Positions 33,300-46,280 are shown, counted from the first letter of the stretch. The stretch: DNA of 64,000 nucleotides from Desulfatibacillum sp. (GCA_020725555.1 DYEU01000018.1:79113-143112), one strand, 5' to 3'. A program made the numbers and translations. The notes: generated from the sequence alone by a model not told the origin.

Positions 33300-34299
33300 C
33301 CACCGGCCTCCAGCAGGCGACGCGGTGCCCCGGGAGGAGCTCCTCCAGGCGAGGGGCCTCGCGGCGGCAGATCTCCGCCGCCCGCGGGCAGCGCGGCGCG
33401 AAGTGGCACCCCGGGGGCAGGGCGAAGGCGCTCGGCACGACGCCCGGGATCTCGTTCAAGCTCTCGGTTTGAAACGAGGCGTCCGCGCGCGGGATCGAGG
33501 CGAGAAGCCCCCGGGTGTAAGGGTGCAGGGGGGTTTCAAAGAGCGCCGCCGTGGGGGCCTCCTCCACGAGGCGGCCGGTGTACATCACGGCGACCCTCCG
33601 GGTGACCTCGGCCACGACGGCGAGATCGTGGGTGATCAGCAGAATCGCCGTGTGCAGCTCGGCGTTCAGGGAGAGCATCAGATCGAGGATCTGGGCCTGG
33701 ATGCTCACGTCGAGGGCGGTCGTCGGCTCGTCGGCGAGCAGGAGCGCCGGCCGACAGGCGAGCGCGATCGCGATCATCACCCGCTGGCGCATGCCGCCGG
33801 AGAGCTGGAAAGGGTATTCGCGCACCCGCCGCTCGGGGGCGGGCACCCCCACGCGGCCGAGCATCCGGGCGGCGCTCGCGAGGGCCTGGGAACGGCTCTG
33901 CCCGCGGTGGACGCGGTAGACCTCGGCCAGCTGGTCGCCGATCGTGAAGACGGGGTTGAGCGCGGTCATCGGCTCCTGGAAGATCATGCTGATCCGGTTG
34001 CCGCGCAGGGCGAGGATGTCGCGCGGATCGGCCCGGAGCAGGTCGCGGCCCTCGAAGCGGATCTCGCCGCCCGCGAAGAGGGCCGGCGGGACGGGAAGGA
34101 GCCGCAGGATGGAGAGGGCGAGCACGCTCTTGCCGCAGCCCGATTCGCCGACCAGCCCCACGACCTCGCCCGCGGCGACGTCGAGGCTGACCCCGTCCAC
34201 GGCCACGCCCGTCCCCTGCGGCGTGCGGAAGTGGATCTTGAGCCCGCGGATCGAAAGAAGAGGCATCCTCGGATCGGAAGGCGTCACGGCGGCGTTCAC
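33292..34299 (-). CDS. ABC transporter ATP-binding protein (DppD/OppD type)
   Basis: Walker [10 protein letters not shown], signature [12 protein letters not shown]. 8-nt overlap with the next gene. Confidence 0.88.
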   Translation of the reverse strand: MNAAVTPSDPRMPLLSIRGLKIHFRTPQGTGVAVDGVSLDVAAGEVVGLVGESGCGKSVLALSILRLLPVPPALFAGGEIRFEGRDLLRADPRDILALRGNRISMIFQEPMTALNPVFTIGDQLAEVYRVHRGQSRSQALASAARMLGRVGVPAPERRVREYPFQLSGGMRQRVMIAIALACRPALLLADEPTTALDVSIQAQILDLMLSLNAELHTAILLITHDLAVVAEVTRRVAVMYTGRLVEEAPTAALFETPLHPYTRGLLASIPRADASFQTESLNEIPGVVPSAFALPPGCHFAPRCPRAAEICRREAPRLEELLPGHRVACWRPVDG

Positions 34300-34393
34300 G
34301 GTTCGGGCCCCGCATCCATCGTGGATCGAACTGTCTAACCGAGCCGCGGCGGATTGTCAAAGAAACGGGGAGGAGCCGCAGGCAGGACGCCCC

Positions 34394-35347
34394 TCAGGAC
34401 CCCCGCCGGCTGGGCGAGAAGGCGAGGCGGAAGCCCAGCCCGGCGCCGTAGTAGTCCTCGGGGAAGCCGAAGCGGCGGCTGCAGCGGGCGCTCCAGTCGT
34501 CGAGGCTCCAGGAGCCGCCGCGGATCACGCGCTCGGTCACCCCGCGCCGCGGGCTGCGCGCCTGCGGCGCAACGGCGACCGCGCCCGGGACGTAGACGTC
34601 CGCGCACCACTCCCAGACGTTGCCGCTCATGTCGTGGAGGCCCAGGCCGTTGGGCGCCTTGCGGCCGACCGGCTGCGTGGTCCCGCCGCTGTTTTCGGCG
34701 TACCAGGCGACGCGGTCGATCTCGTCCCCGCCGGCGTAGAGTTCCCGTTTCCCGCCGGAGCGGGCGGCGTACTCCCACTCGGCCTCGGTCGGGAGCCGGA
34801 ACTCGCCGGGCCCGGGCGAGCGCTCGCGCAGCCGGCGGATGAACTCCTGGACGTCCGCCCAGCTCACCTGTTCCACGGGGTACTCCTCACCGAGGCGGAA
34901 ATGGGAGGGGTTCTCGGCCATGACCTTCACCCACTGCCCCTGGGTCACGGGGGTCTTGGCGAGGTAGAAATCCTCGATGACCACCTCGCGCAGCGGGGTC
35001 TCGTTGTCCCAGCCGACCTCGAAGAGATCGCCCATGGCATAGGCGCCGCCCTTGACAAAGACGAACTCCATGCCGGTCACCGGCTCGACGTAGCGGTCCC
35101 CCGTCTCGCCGGGGCCGCCGGCCGGCCGGCAGTGCGGGCATTCGGAAGCGGCGGGCGGGAGGAGGCGTCCGCAGGCGGCGCAGGCCAAGCGCCGGCCGCA
35201 GCCGGGGCAGCGCTTCCAGTGGGGCTTGATGTCGCGGCCGCAGCCGGGGCAGCGCGACTCCGCGAGCGGCCGCTCGCAGGCGGGGCAGAACGTCCACTCC
35301 GGCGCGACGGGTTCGCCGCAACCCGGGCAGCGCAGCGGCTCGGTCAT
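34394..35347 (-). CDS. formylglycine-generating-enzyme (FGE-sulfatase/SUMF1) domain protein with N-terminal multiple zinc ribbons
   Basis: N-terminus CPGCG..CPAC..CPGCG..CPGCG..CAACG..CPHC, then the FGE blocks ...[11 protein letters not shown]...[13 protein letters not shown]...RVIRGGSW. Confidence 0.85.
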   Translation of the reverse strand: MTEPLRCPGCGEPVAPEWTFCPACERPLAESRCPGCGRDIKPHWKRCPGCGRRLACAACGRLLPPAASECPHCRPAGGPGETGDRYVEPVTGMEFVFVKGGAYAMGDLFEVGWDNETPLREVVIEDFYLAKTPVTQGQWVKVMAENPSHFRLGEEYPVEQVSWADVQEFIRRLRERSPGPGEFRLPTEAEWEYAARSGGKRELYAGGDEIDRVAWYAENSGGTTQPVGRKAPNGLGLHDMSGNVWEWCADVYVPGAVAVAPQARSPRRGVTERVIRGGSWSLDDWSARCSRRFGFPEDYYGAGLGFRLAFSPSRRGS

Positions 35348-35438
35348 CGGGGTTCTCCTTCGGCAGGGGCGCCCCCGCGGGGCGTGTTCCGGGGAAATGT
35401 ACGCAAAACGGCCGGTGAATTCAAACCCGGGGGGCGGC

Positions 35439-37289
35439 TCAGGCGGCGGCGTTCAGGGCCTGAAGCAAGGCGCCGGGAAGCTCGGCGGGGCCCTTGCCGA
35501 TGATCGTGAGAAAGCGCTCGGGGACATCGGCCCGCGGCAGCGCGGCGATCTCGTAGCGGCCGCAGACGTATTGCAGGGCAAAGACGCCGGGTGCGTCTCG
35601 AAAGGAGATCAGGCCCTTCGCCCGGAAGATGCGGTCGGGGAGCCCTGCGAGCGCCGCAAGGAGGGCCTCGCGCTCGCAGGGGGCGGTGAGGTGCAGGGTG
35701 CGGCTCCAGAGGCCGGATGCGGCGTGGGTCAGGCCCGCGGCGGGCGCCCTTGCGCCGGATGGCCGCCCCGCCGGCTCGGCGTCGAGGATCCAGGCGGGGT
35801 TCAGGTCCCCCTGGACGGCCGTGAAGCGCGGCGCCGAAGGGTTGATCCCCGCGAGGAGCCGCTCGAGGGCCTCGAGGCCCGCATCGTCCACGAGATCGCG
35901 CTTGTTCACGACGAGGATGTCGGCCGCCCGCACCTGGTCGACCGCGAGCGGCTCCTCGGCGAGCAGCCGCGCCGCGTGCACCGCGTCCACGAGGGTCACG
36001 GTGCAGTCGTAGCGCACGAGCGCGCCCCAGTCGGGCTCCTCCTCGAGCAGGTGGAGCGGGTTGGCGAGCCCCGAGGTCTCGAGGATCACGCAATCGGGGG
36101 AGAAGCGGGCGAGGATCCCGTGCAGCGCGCGCTTGAGGTTCCCCGAGAGCGTGCAGCAGACGCAGCCCTCGTCGATCTCGGTCACCTCGTAGTCGAGGAG
36201 CTTGCCGTCGAGGCCGACCTCGCCGATCTCGTTTTGGATGACGGCGACGAAGCGGTGCCGCTGGCTCTGGTATTCGAGGAAATGCCGCAGGAAGCTCGTC
36301 TTGCCCGCCCCGAGAAAGCCCGTGAGGATGATGAAGGGCGGCCGCTCGTCCACGCCGAGGAGCCGCTTTTCCAGGCTGCGCCCCGGCGTGAGGCCGTGCG
36401 CGCGCCACCACAGGCGCTCCCGGTATTCGGCCGGGGCCCCCTCCTGTCCCCCCGCCTCGAGCGCGGCCCACACCGGCCCCGGTTCGACCAGCGCCGGCTT
36501 CTCGAAGGGAACCGCCCCCCCGGGATCGCCGAACGTGAGGCGGAGCAGGCGGGTCCGGAGGTCGGGGGCAGGGCGGCGAGACGCTTCCCCTTCCCCGGAG
36601 GCGACGATTTCGCAGGCCGGGTGGCGCGATTCCCGCAGCCGTGCCGGGGGGCGGCCGAGTTGGAAGGCGAGCGAGGCGGCCAGGGCCTCGAACAACGGCA
36701 GGGCCGTCTCCCAGGCCGGGAAATCCGCGTCCACCCCGCCCGGGGCGACGAGCCAGCGGACCTCCCCCCCGGCTTCGACGCCGACGCCCGCGGCGGCGAT
36801 CGCGCGCAGGCGCTCCGGGGCCTCGAGGGCCAGCGTCGCCGCCGCCCGGTCGCAGCGCAGCGCCAGGCGGATCACGGCGATTCCGAAGAGATCGGCGAAC
36901 CCCGCCTCCGTGGTGAACCGGCGCACCCGATCGCGGTAGCCCTCGCGCTGGGTTTCGGCCGCGGCCCGGACGGCGAGCGCCTCCACCCGCTCTTCCTCGG
37001 GGTCCGGGAAGTAGCACAGGCCGAAACGCCCGGCGGTCCACCCCGCGGGGGCCTCCTCCGTCTCCTGGAAAAAAACGCCGAAGACGCCGGGGGCGGCGGC
37101 GATCTTGGCCGTCCAGGCTTCCGCAGCCCCCGGGGTGAGGCTCAGCCCGCGCCAGCCCAGCGCGTGCCGCACGGCGGGAACGAAGTGGGCGCGCATGAGA
37201 ATCGCCCGCAGGAACCCGGGCAGGGCGACCCCGGGATCGGAGGCCGGGTCGAGGTGGGCGATCTCCTCGAGCGGGAGCGCCGCGGGCAT
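35439..37289 (-). CDS. CobW/G3E-family GTPase metallochaperone with a ~350-aa N-terminal extension of unknown function
   Basis: Internal ATG 37289 of ORF 35439..37514 ([13 protein letters not shown]...). P-loop GFLGAGKTS, metal motif [24 protein letters not shown], CobW C-terminal domain. Confidence 0.8.
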   Translation of the reverse strand: MPAALPLEEIAHLDPASDPGVALPGFLRAILMRAHFVPAVRHALGWRGLSLTPGAAEAWTAKIAAAPGVFGVFFQETEEAPAGWTAGRFGLCYFPDPEEERVEALAVRAAAETQREGYRDRVRRFTTEAGFADLFGIAVIRLALRCDRAAATLALEAPERLRAIAAAGVGVEAGGEVRWLVAPGGVDADFPAWETALPLFEALAASLAFQLGRPPARLRESRHPACEIVASGEGEASRRPAPDLRTRLLRLTFGDPGGAVPFEKPALVEPGPVWAALEAGGQEGAPAEYRERLWWRAHGLTPGRSLEKRLLGVDERPPFIILTGFLGAGKTSFLRHFLEYQSQRHRFVAVIQNEIGEVGLDGKLLDYEVTEIDEGCVCCTLSGNLKRALHGILARFSPDCVILETSGLANPLHLLEEEPDWGALVRYDCTVTLVDAVHAARLLAEEPLAVDQVRAADILVVNKRDLVDDAGLEALERLLAGINPSAPRFTAVQGDLNPAWILDAEPAGRPSGARAPAAGLTHAASGLWSRTLHLTAPCEREALLAALAGLPDRIFRAKGLISFRDAPGVFALQYVCGRYEIAALPRADVPERFLTIIGKGPAELPGALLQALNAAA

Positions 37290-37312
37290 GGGAACAGCCT
37301 CTCGCCCAGGCT

Positions 37313-37705
37313 TCAGTATTCCACCTTCCCGCCCTTGGGCCCGCCCCAGGCGAAGCTCTTGATCCTGCCGTCCTTCCAGCCGAGGGAGAAGATCCGCACC
37401 GTGCCCTTGGCCGCCGGCGAGTCCTTGCACTCCTCCACGCGGGACTCCACGGTGTAGACGGTCAGGCCGCCCTTTTCTTCGGTCTTCTGGAGGACGGGTT
37501 TCGCCATCTCGCACTTGGTGAGCTCAGGGGGCACCACGCCGGGGTCGGCGTATTTCTCCAGCACCGCGGCCCGCTTGGCGCGGTCGGCGAAGGCGTCGAT
37601 CACTTCCTGCATCTGCGGGATGGGCTTCTTCCCCACCACCGCGACCAGAAAGGGAAGCAGGGCGAACACGAGCAGAAAACGCGCCCACGAACGGTTTCGT
37701 TTCAT
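37313..37705 (-). CDS. small signal-anchored/exported hypothetical protein (130 aa)
   Basis: MKRNRSWARFLLVFALLPFLVAVVGKK hydrophobic N-terminus (Met23 of ORF 37313..37771). I recognised no family. Confidence 0.55.
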   Translation of the reverse strand: MKRNRSWARFLLVFALLPFLVAVVGKKPIPQMQEVIDAFADRAKRAAVLEKYADPGVVPPELTKCEMAKPVLQKTEEKGGLTVYTVESRVEECKDSPAAKGTVRIFSLGWKDGRIKSFAWGGPKGGKVEY

Positions 37706-37787
37706 GGAGTCCTCCCCGCGGTGGGGCGGAAGGGGACCCTTCCGCCCCACCGCCTGTTGCGATGTCTTCACGAGAGCCCGGCCCGGT

Positions 37788-38966
37788 TCAGACGTCGATC
37801 CCGTAGCCGATCTTGTCCCCGTTTCCGAGATAGGCCGTGTCCTTCGACCGGTGGCGGGCCGTGCCCTTGATCACGGGGTAGCCCGCCTCGATGAACTTCT
37901 TGGCGCAAAGAATCCCCGTGCAGTGGTTGCAGCCGATCTTCTTGAAGCCGTATTTGCCGAGCGAAAGGACCAGGTCGTCGTACTTGGGGTCCCAGTCCTC
38001 GAAGGGCGAGATGTGGAGACCCCCGTAGATCCCGTAAAGCTGGTCCTTCTCGTACTTGATCTCGCGGAAGGCCGTTTCCGAGAACTGGATGATCCCGAAG
38101 TGGCAGCAGCCGGTGATGCTGACCAGGCCGTGATCCTTCACGTTCACGTAGATCGACTGCTCGCCGTAGACGCGGCAGATGATCGGGACCGGGAAATTGT
38201 AGGTGGCGAGGCCGGGGATGATGCGGTTCAATTCCCCGGATTTCACCTCGACCAGCTTCCCCTTGTGGCCGGCGTCCTTCAGGTACTGCAGCCCCTCGGG
38301 GTAGAATCCCTGGGGATAGTAGGTGGTGATGTTCGGGTTGTACTTGAAGACGACCGGGATCCCCCAGAAGTGGTCGAAATGCTCGTGGGAGATGATGAAG
38401 GCCTCGATCTCGTTGTCCCGGAGCATCCGGTCGATGCCCTCGCGCTTGAAGCACTCGTCCATCCACTTGTAGGACCAGCCGGAGTCGAGCAGGAACTTTC
38501 TCTTGCGGCCGTCCAGCTCCTCGATCTCGATCAGGGCCGCAAAGCCGCCGGCGTTCTCGGGGCTGACCGAGAGCTTTTCGGTCAGCGCCCAGGCCTCCTC
38601 CAGGTTGTTCGGCAGCAGATGCTTGATCTTGGCGATCCCCTTTTCGTAGCTCCCCTTGCCGAGACCCGTCCCGTCGCCGAAGGGCGGCCAGTTGTAGCTG
38701 TACTGGTTGACGAGCAGGCCGCCCGCCTCCTTGATGTCCTTCATGAGGACGGCGTTCTCGAACCAGCTCGTCTCCGAGATGTTCGTCACCTTGACGGATT
38801 TGCAGACGCCGATGTCGGCGAGCTTGCGTTTCACCTCCGGGAAGTAGGATTTCCTCCAGGGGGAATACGAGAACAGCCCCATCCCCAGGACCGTCCCCCC
38901 CATCACGCCCATCGCGGCGCCCTTGAGGAAGCCGCGGCGGCTGATCGTGGTCTTCTCTTCGGACAT
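37788..38966 (-). CDS. Tat-exported MBL-fold metallo-hydrolase (COG1237-like)
   Basis: From Met34 of ORF 37788..39065: MSEEKTTISRRGFLKGAAMGVMG twin-arginine signal, HEHFDH (HxHxDH) motif, later TGCCHFGI and GCNHCTG blocks. Confidence 0.8.
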   Translation of the reverse strand: MSEEKTTISRRGFLKGAAMGVMGGTVLGMGLFSYSPWRKSYFPEVKRKLADIGVCKSVKVTNISETSWFENAVLMKDIKEAGGLLVNQYSYNWPPFGDGTGLGKGSYEKGIAKIKHLLPNNLEEAWALTEKLSVSPENAGGFAALIEIEELDGRKRKFLLDSGWSYKWMDECFKREGIDRMLRDNEIEAFIISHEHFDHFWGIPVVFKYNPNITTYYPQGFYPEGLQYLKDAGHKGKLVEVKSGELNRIIPGLATYNFPVPIICRVYGEQSIYVNVKDHGLVSITGCCHFGIIQFSETAFREIKYEKDQLYGIYGGLHISPFEDWDPKYDDLVLSLGKYGFKKIGCNHCTGILCAKKFIEAGYPVIKGTARHRSKDTAYLGNGDKIGYGIDV

Positions 38967-38989
38967 GGCTCCTCCTTGTCGGGGCACGG

Positions 38990-40402
38990 TCACTTGATGA
39001 CCGTGATGTTCTTGTAGGCCCAGGGCAGCACGCTCAGGGTGATGAAATAGACCGCCACCCCGCACACCGCCCCCACGCCGAGGCCCCAGCCGAGCGCCGG
39101 GTTCCAGCGGACCTCGGAGAGCCGCGCCTGCTCCGCGGCATGCTCGGCCGCGATCTCCTCGGCGGTCTTGGGCACCATCTTCCAGGCCGGCCAGTTGTCC
39201 ATGAACCAGTGGTGGACCAGCCAGATGTTGATCAGCCAGATGGTCGGGATCATGGGGAACTGCTGCTCGTGCATGAAGCCCTTCTGGGTCCCGAGGTAGT
39301 CATGGGAGGTCTTGTAGTAGAAGATGTAAAGCGCGATCGCCGCGGCGAGCGTGATCACCGTGCGCAAAAAGACGTTCACCGGCAGGCTGAAGCGCCGCGG
39401 CCAGTTGTTGCAGTAAAAGGTCAGGAAAAGCGCCGGGACCAGGAAGAAGACCGCCATCTCGCCCACGTGCAGCCAGCGCCAGTCGGGCGCGTTGATGAGG
39501 CGGGTGCCCCGGATCGCCGGGCCCCAGGTCAGCTCCTGGGCGAAGTAGAGGAAGAAGTGCATCGCCCAGGCGATGGCGATGATCCCGAAGAAGGCGACGG
39601 TGCGGCGCAGCCAGTTCGTCCGGATCAGCTTGAAGGGGAAGCGCTCCCAGATCGTCTCGACCAGCCAGACCGTGACCGTGCAGCACATGATCCAGGCGAC
39701 GTGGAAGTTCCCCGACACCGTGTTCGCGAATTTCTCCCAGTAGGGCGGGGCGATCGCGGTGAAGTACTGCCAGGGGTAGTAGAGAATGCCCATGTGCGAG
39801 TGCATGGTCATGAAGTAGATGAGCGTGCTCAGGAAAAAGGTGAAGACGAGGATGCTGATCCCTTTGGCCGGCTGGCTCAGGTTCTGCCAGGGCACCTCCT
39901 CGCAGGCGACCACCCAGGCGGGGCTCAGCCACGAGGCGATGGCCGCGAACATCAGGCAGGCGAGCGAGGCGTACTCGAGGGCGAAGAACTCGGTCATGCG
40001 CGGCAGCTTCATCAACCGCTCGGGGTTGAAGTAGGCGATCCCGAAGTTGCCGAGGACCGACTCGAAGAAGCCCTTGATCAGCACCCACAGAATCACCACC
40101 GAGATCGCCGTCAGCACCGCCCCCTTGACCAGCGGGTGCGTGTTCTCAAGCCAGCTCCGCTTGAAGGGCCAGTAGTTGAAGATGTAGACCATCCAGATCA
40201 GCATGATCAGCCACCAGCGGGTGTACATGTAGCCCACGTAAGGCGTGTACATCCGCAGCCATCCCCGCGGGTCCTGGAAGACCCACCAGCTCGCGTAGAA
40301 CACGGCGAGCGTCAGCACCAGGGCCACGATCGCCGCGATCGGCTGCGGCCAGCGCGGGATGAGCTTTCGTTCCTCCAGATAGCCGGTGCCGTATCGTTCC
40401 AT
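38990..40402 (-). CDS. Trp-rich polytopic membrane protein, family not recognised (470 aa)
   Basis: From Met49 of ORF 38990..40546 (MERYGTGYLEERKL...) after GAGGAAAGGGGG. Many hydrophobic segments. About 32 Trp by hand count. Conserved-looking His (MHSHMG, NFHVAW, WLVHHWF). Confidence 0.7.
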   Translation of the reverse strand: MERYGTGYLEERKLIPRWPQPIAAIVALVLTLAVFYASWWVFQDPRGWLRMYTPYVGYMYTRWWLIMLIWMVYIFNYWPFKRSWLENTHPLVKGAVLTAISVVILWVLIKGFFESVLGNFGIAYFNPERLMKLPRMTEFFALEYASLACLMFAAIASWLSPAWVVACEEVPWQNLSQPAKGISILVFTFFLSTLIYFMTMHSHMGILYYPWQYFTAIAPPYWEKFANTVSGNFHVAWIMCCTVTVWLVETIWERFPFKLIRTNWLRRTVAFFGIIAIAWAMHFFLYFAQELTWGPAIRGTRLINAPDWRWLHVGEMAVFFLVPALFLTFYCNNWPRRFSLPVNVFLRTVITLAAAIALYIFYYKTSHDYLGTQKGFMHEQQFPMIPTIWLINIWLVHHWFMDNWPAWKMVPKTAEEIAAEHAAEQARLSEVRWNPALGWGLGVGAVCGVAVYFITLSVLPWAYKNITVIK

Positions 40403-40463
40403 GAATATCCCCCTTTCCTCTCGGGTGGGTTGGACAAAACCGCCGAACGCCTCGGCGGCGACT

Positions 40464-40778
40464 TTACCCCTCCGGATCTTCAGCCCCGCAAGACGGGCAC
40501 CCCTCCCCGCCTCCCTGCGGCATGGAGGGCGGCGTGCGCCTCGCAAGCTCTCGGTAAATCGCCCGCCTGAGCGCCGCGGGGTCCTTCAACCCCGGCTCGA
40601 GGCCGCGGCATTCGGCTTCGATTGCGAGCAGCGCCGGGCTGAGCTCGGTTTCCGCCGCGCCGCAGAACGGGTCACGGGACGAATCCGACGAGGGGGGGGC
40701 TGCCGCGGCGGCAAGATCCCCCGCCGCCCGGATGCCCCGGCCGAGGAGATCCCTGAAGAACTCTTTGCGGGAAAGCAT
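40464..40778 (-). CDS. small hypothetical protein (104 aa) with Tat-like S-R-K-E-F-F N-terminal motif and C-terminal CPSC
   Basis: From Met47 of ORF 40464..40916: MLSRKEFFRDLLGRGIRAAG...; GAAGGAGGG RBS. Third-position GC is consistent with coding. No family recognised. Confidence 0.45.
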   Translation of the reverse strand: MLSRKEFFRDLLGRGIRAAGDLAAAAAPPSSDSSRDPFCGAAETELSPALLAIEAECRGLEPGLKDPAALRRAIYRELARRTPPSMPQGGGEGCPSCGAEDPEG

Positions 40779-40790
40779 ACCCTCCTTCAC

Positions 40791-40806
40791 AGCAATTGCG
40801 ATGCCA
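40791..40806 (-). promoter_or_regulatory. sigma54 (-24/-12) promoter motif TGGCATCGCAATTGCT
   Basis: Exact match to TGGCA[CT]-N5-TTGC[AT] on the minus strand. It ends 12 nt before ATG 40778, and the intervening 12 nt contain the SD GAAGGAGGG. Confidence 0.6.
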
Positions 40807-40929
40807 CGGCGCAAGAACCCCTTTTTAAGTGCCAACCGCTCGAATCGACATGTTTTTCTTGAATCGCGGCTCCCGAGCGGACAAGGGTTCCCGGGGAAAA
40901 AGGGAACAGAACGCACTCACTTGAATTTC

Positions 40930-41400
40930 TTACGGGTGCAGATTGCCCCCGGGCGAGGGGCTTTCCCGGAAACCGGGCATGCGGAATTTCTCATCCCCCA
41001 ACCGGCCGCTGCGGTAGGCGGCGAACACTTCACGGGCCTCGCCGCTCACCCCGCTGATCACGTCGATCCCCTCGGCTTCAAGGAAGCTGGAGAGGGTCTC
41101 GCTCACCGCGCCGCAGATCACCGTCCGCACCCCGAGACGCTTGATCTCGCCGGCGCGCTGGGAAAGGGAGGCGCCGGCGAAAGAAACCGTGCGCGCCTCG
41201 GCCTCGCCGCCCCCGCGCGGGTCCATCAGGGTGAGGCAGGTGCAGGTGTCGAGGACGGGGGAGACGCGGCCCCGGAACACGGGCACCGCAACCAGGGACT
41301 GCGGCCGGGGAGGGGGGGATGGCGAAGGGGGCTGCGGGAACGCGGGGATCCCAGGTCGTTTCCGGGCGTTTTCGCAGAAGATGCAGGGACGCCTGGCCAT
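40930..41400 (-). CDS. NifX/NifB-type (dinitrogenase FeMo-cofactor-binding-like) domain protein with a 32-aa Cys/Pro-rich N-terminal extension
   Basis: From Met48 of ORF 40930..41541. SLVAVPVFRGRVSPVLD parallels MRIAVAHWQGRISPVFD of gene 60930. ...VICGAVSETLSSFLEAEGIDVISG. Confidence 0.7.
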   Translation of the reverse strand: MARRPCIFCENARKRPGIPAFPQPPSPSPPPRPQSLVAVPVFRGRVSPVLDTCTCLTLMDPRGGGEAEARTVSFAGASLSQRAGEIKRLGVRTVICGAVSETLSSFLEAEGIDVISGVSGEAREVFAAYRSGRLGDEKFRMPGFRESPSPGGNLHP

Positions 41401-41452
41401 CGGACTTCTCCCCCCTTGCCGGAACGGGTCGCCCGCAACCGGTCTCGAGATA

Positions 41453-41468
41453 AGCAACAACCGTTCCC
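41453..41468 (-). promoter_or_regulatory. weak sigma54-like motif GGGAACGGTTGTTGCT upstream of the NifX-like gene
   Basis: GG-N10-GC spacing is correct and the -12 TTGCT is exact. The -24 element matches 4 of 6 positions. About 40 nt of leader to ATG 41400. Confidence 0.3.
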
Positions 41469-43043
41469 GGAAGCCGGGGCCCCCCCGCCGCAACGGGACG
41501 GACTGAAGAACGGACCCGTATAACCCAAAGGATCCGCGCACCCAGGCGTTCGGGGAGTACCGGAGTTAGGCTTCCGGCCGGGGTTGACAGGGAAAGCGAG
41601 AGGGAACAACATGCACCCGACGGTGGGCGAAAATCGCGGGTCGCCCCTGGGGGATTCCATGGAGCCGGTTTGCGAAGAGAACGAGCGGCGCCACCACGAG
41701 CTCATCCTCGACAGCATCGAGGAAGGGGTCTTCACGGTCGACCTCACCTGGCGCATCACCTCCTTCAACCGCGCCGCGGAGAAGATCACCGGCGTCCCGC
41801 GGGCCGAGGCCGTCGGCCGCCCCTGCTTCGAGGTCTTCCGCGCCGACGTCTGCGAAACCGGCTGCATGCTGCGCCGCACGCTCGAGAGCGAAACGCCGGT
41901 CGCCAACGTCCTGGTCCACATTTTCCGCGCCGACAAGAAGCGCATCCCCATCCGCATCAGCACCGCCCTGCTCAGGGACCCCGCGGGCCGGCTGGTCGGG
42001 GGGGTCGAGACGTTTCAGGACGTGAGCGCCCTCCAGGAACTGCGGCGGGCCCTGCAGCGGCAGCACCGCTTCGAGGACATCGTGAGCAAGAACCCGCGCA
42101 TGCTCAAGATCTTCGCCATGCTCCCGCAGGTGGCCGAAAGCGGGAGCACGGTGCTGATCGAGGGGGCGAGCGGGACCGGCAAGGAGCTCGTGGCGCGGGC
42201 GATCCACCACCACAGCCCGCAGCGCGAGGGCCCCTTCGTCGCCGTGAACTGCGGGGCGCTCCCCGACACGCTGATCGAGGCCGAGCTCTTCGGCTACAAG
42301 GCCGGGGCCTTCACCGACGCACGGCGGGACCGGGCCGGCCGCTTCGCCCTGGCCCAGAACGGCACGATCTTTCTCGACGAGATCGGCGACATCTCCCCCG
42401 CGCTCCAGGTGCGGCTGCTGCGGGTGCTCCAGGAGCGGGTCTACGAGCCCCTCGGCGCGGGAAAGCCCGTCCCGACGAACGCCCGGGTGATCGCCGCCAC
42501 GCACCGCGACCTGAGCCGTCTTGTCCGCGAGGAGAAATTCCGCGAGGACCTCTACTTCCGGGTCAACGTCTTCAAGATCGCGCTGCCGCCGCTCGCCGAG
42601 CGCCGCGAGGACATCCCGCTGCTCGTCGAGCACTTCATCGACCGCTTCAACCACCGCAGGGGCCGAAACGTCGCCGGGGTCGCCCGCGAGGCGATGGAAG
42701 CGCTCCTGCACCACGACTGGCCGGGAAACGTGCGCGAGCTCGAAAACGCGATCGAGCACGCCTTCGTCCTCTGCCGCGACGACACGATCCGGCTGGAGGA
42801 TCTGCCCGAGCCTCTCCAGGCGGCCGCCGCATCGGGCCGACCGGCCGCCGCGACCACGCTGCGGGACATCGAGCGGGCGGCGATCCTTGCCGCCCTCGAG
42901 CGCCACGGCGGCCGCAAGCTCGCCGCCGCCCGCGAGCTCGGGGTCGACAAGAACACGCTGCGCCGCAAGATGATCCGCCTCGGCCTGCGGCCGCCCCCCG
43001 CCGCCCGGGGCGTCCGGCCTGACCGGGGCGGGCAACCGGCCCC

Positions 43044-46276
<3,233 letters not shown>

Positions 46277-46280
<4 letters not shown>

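Noticed and set aside
40818-40834. Second TGGCAC (minus strand, TTGGCACTTAAAAAGGGG) about 25 nt upstream of the 40791-40806 motif
   Set aside because: It has a good -24 element, but the sequence 5 nt downstream is AAGG rather than TTGC, so it is not a complete sigma54 promoter.
40386-40862. 158-aa plus-strand ORF opposite the small RK-motif ORF
   Set aside because: The translation is Arg/Pro-rich with no start context. It would run convergently into the sigma54 motif and overlaps the 5' end of the membrane-protein gene.
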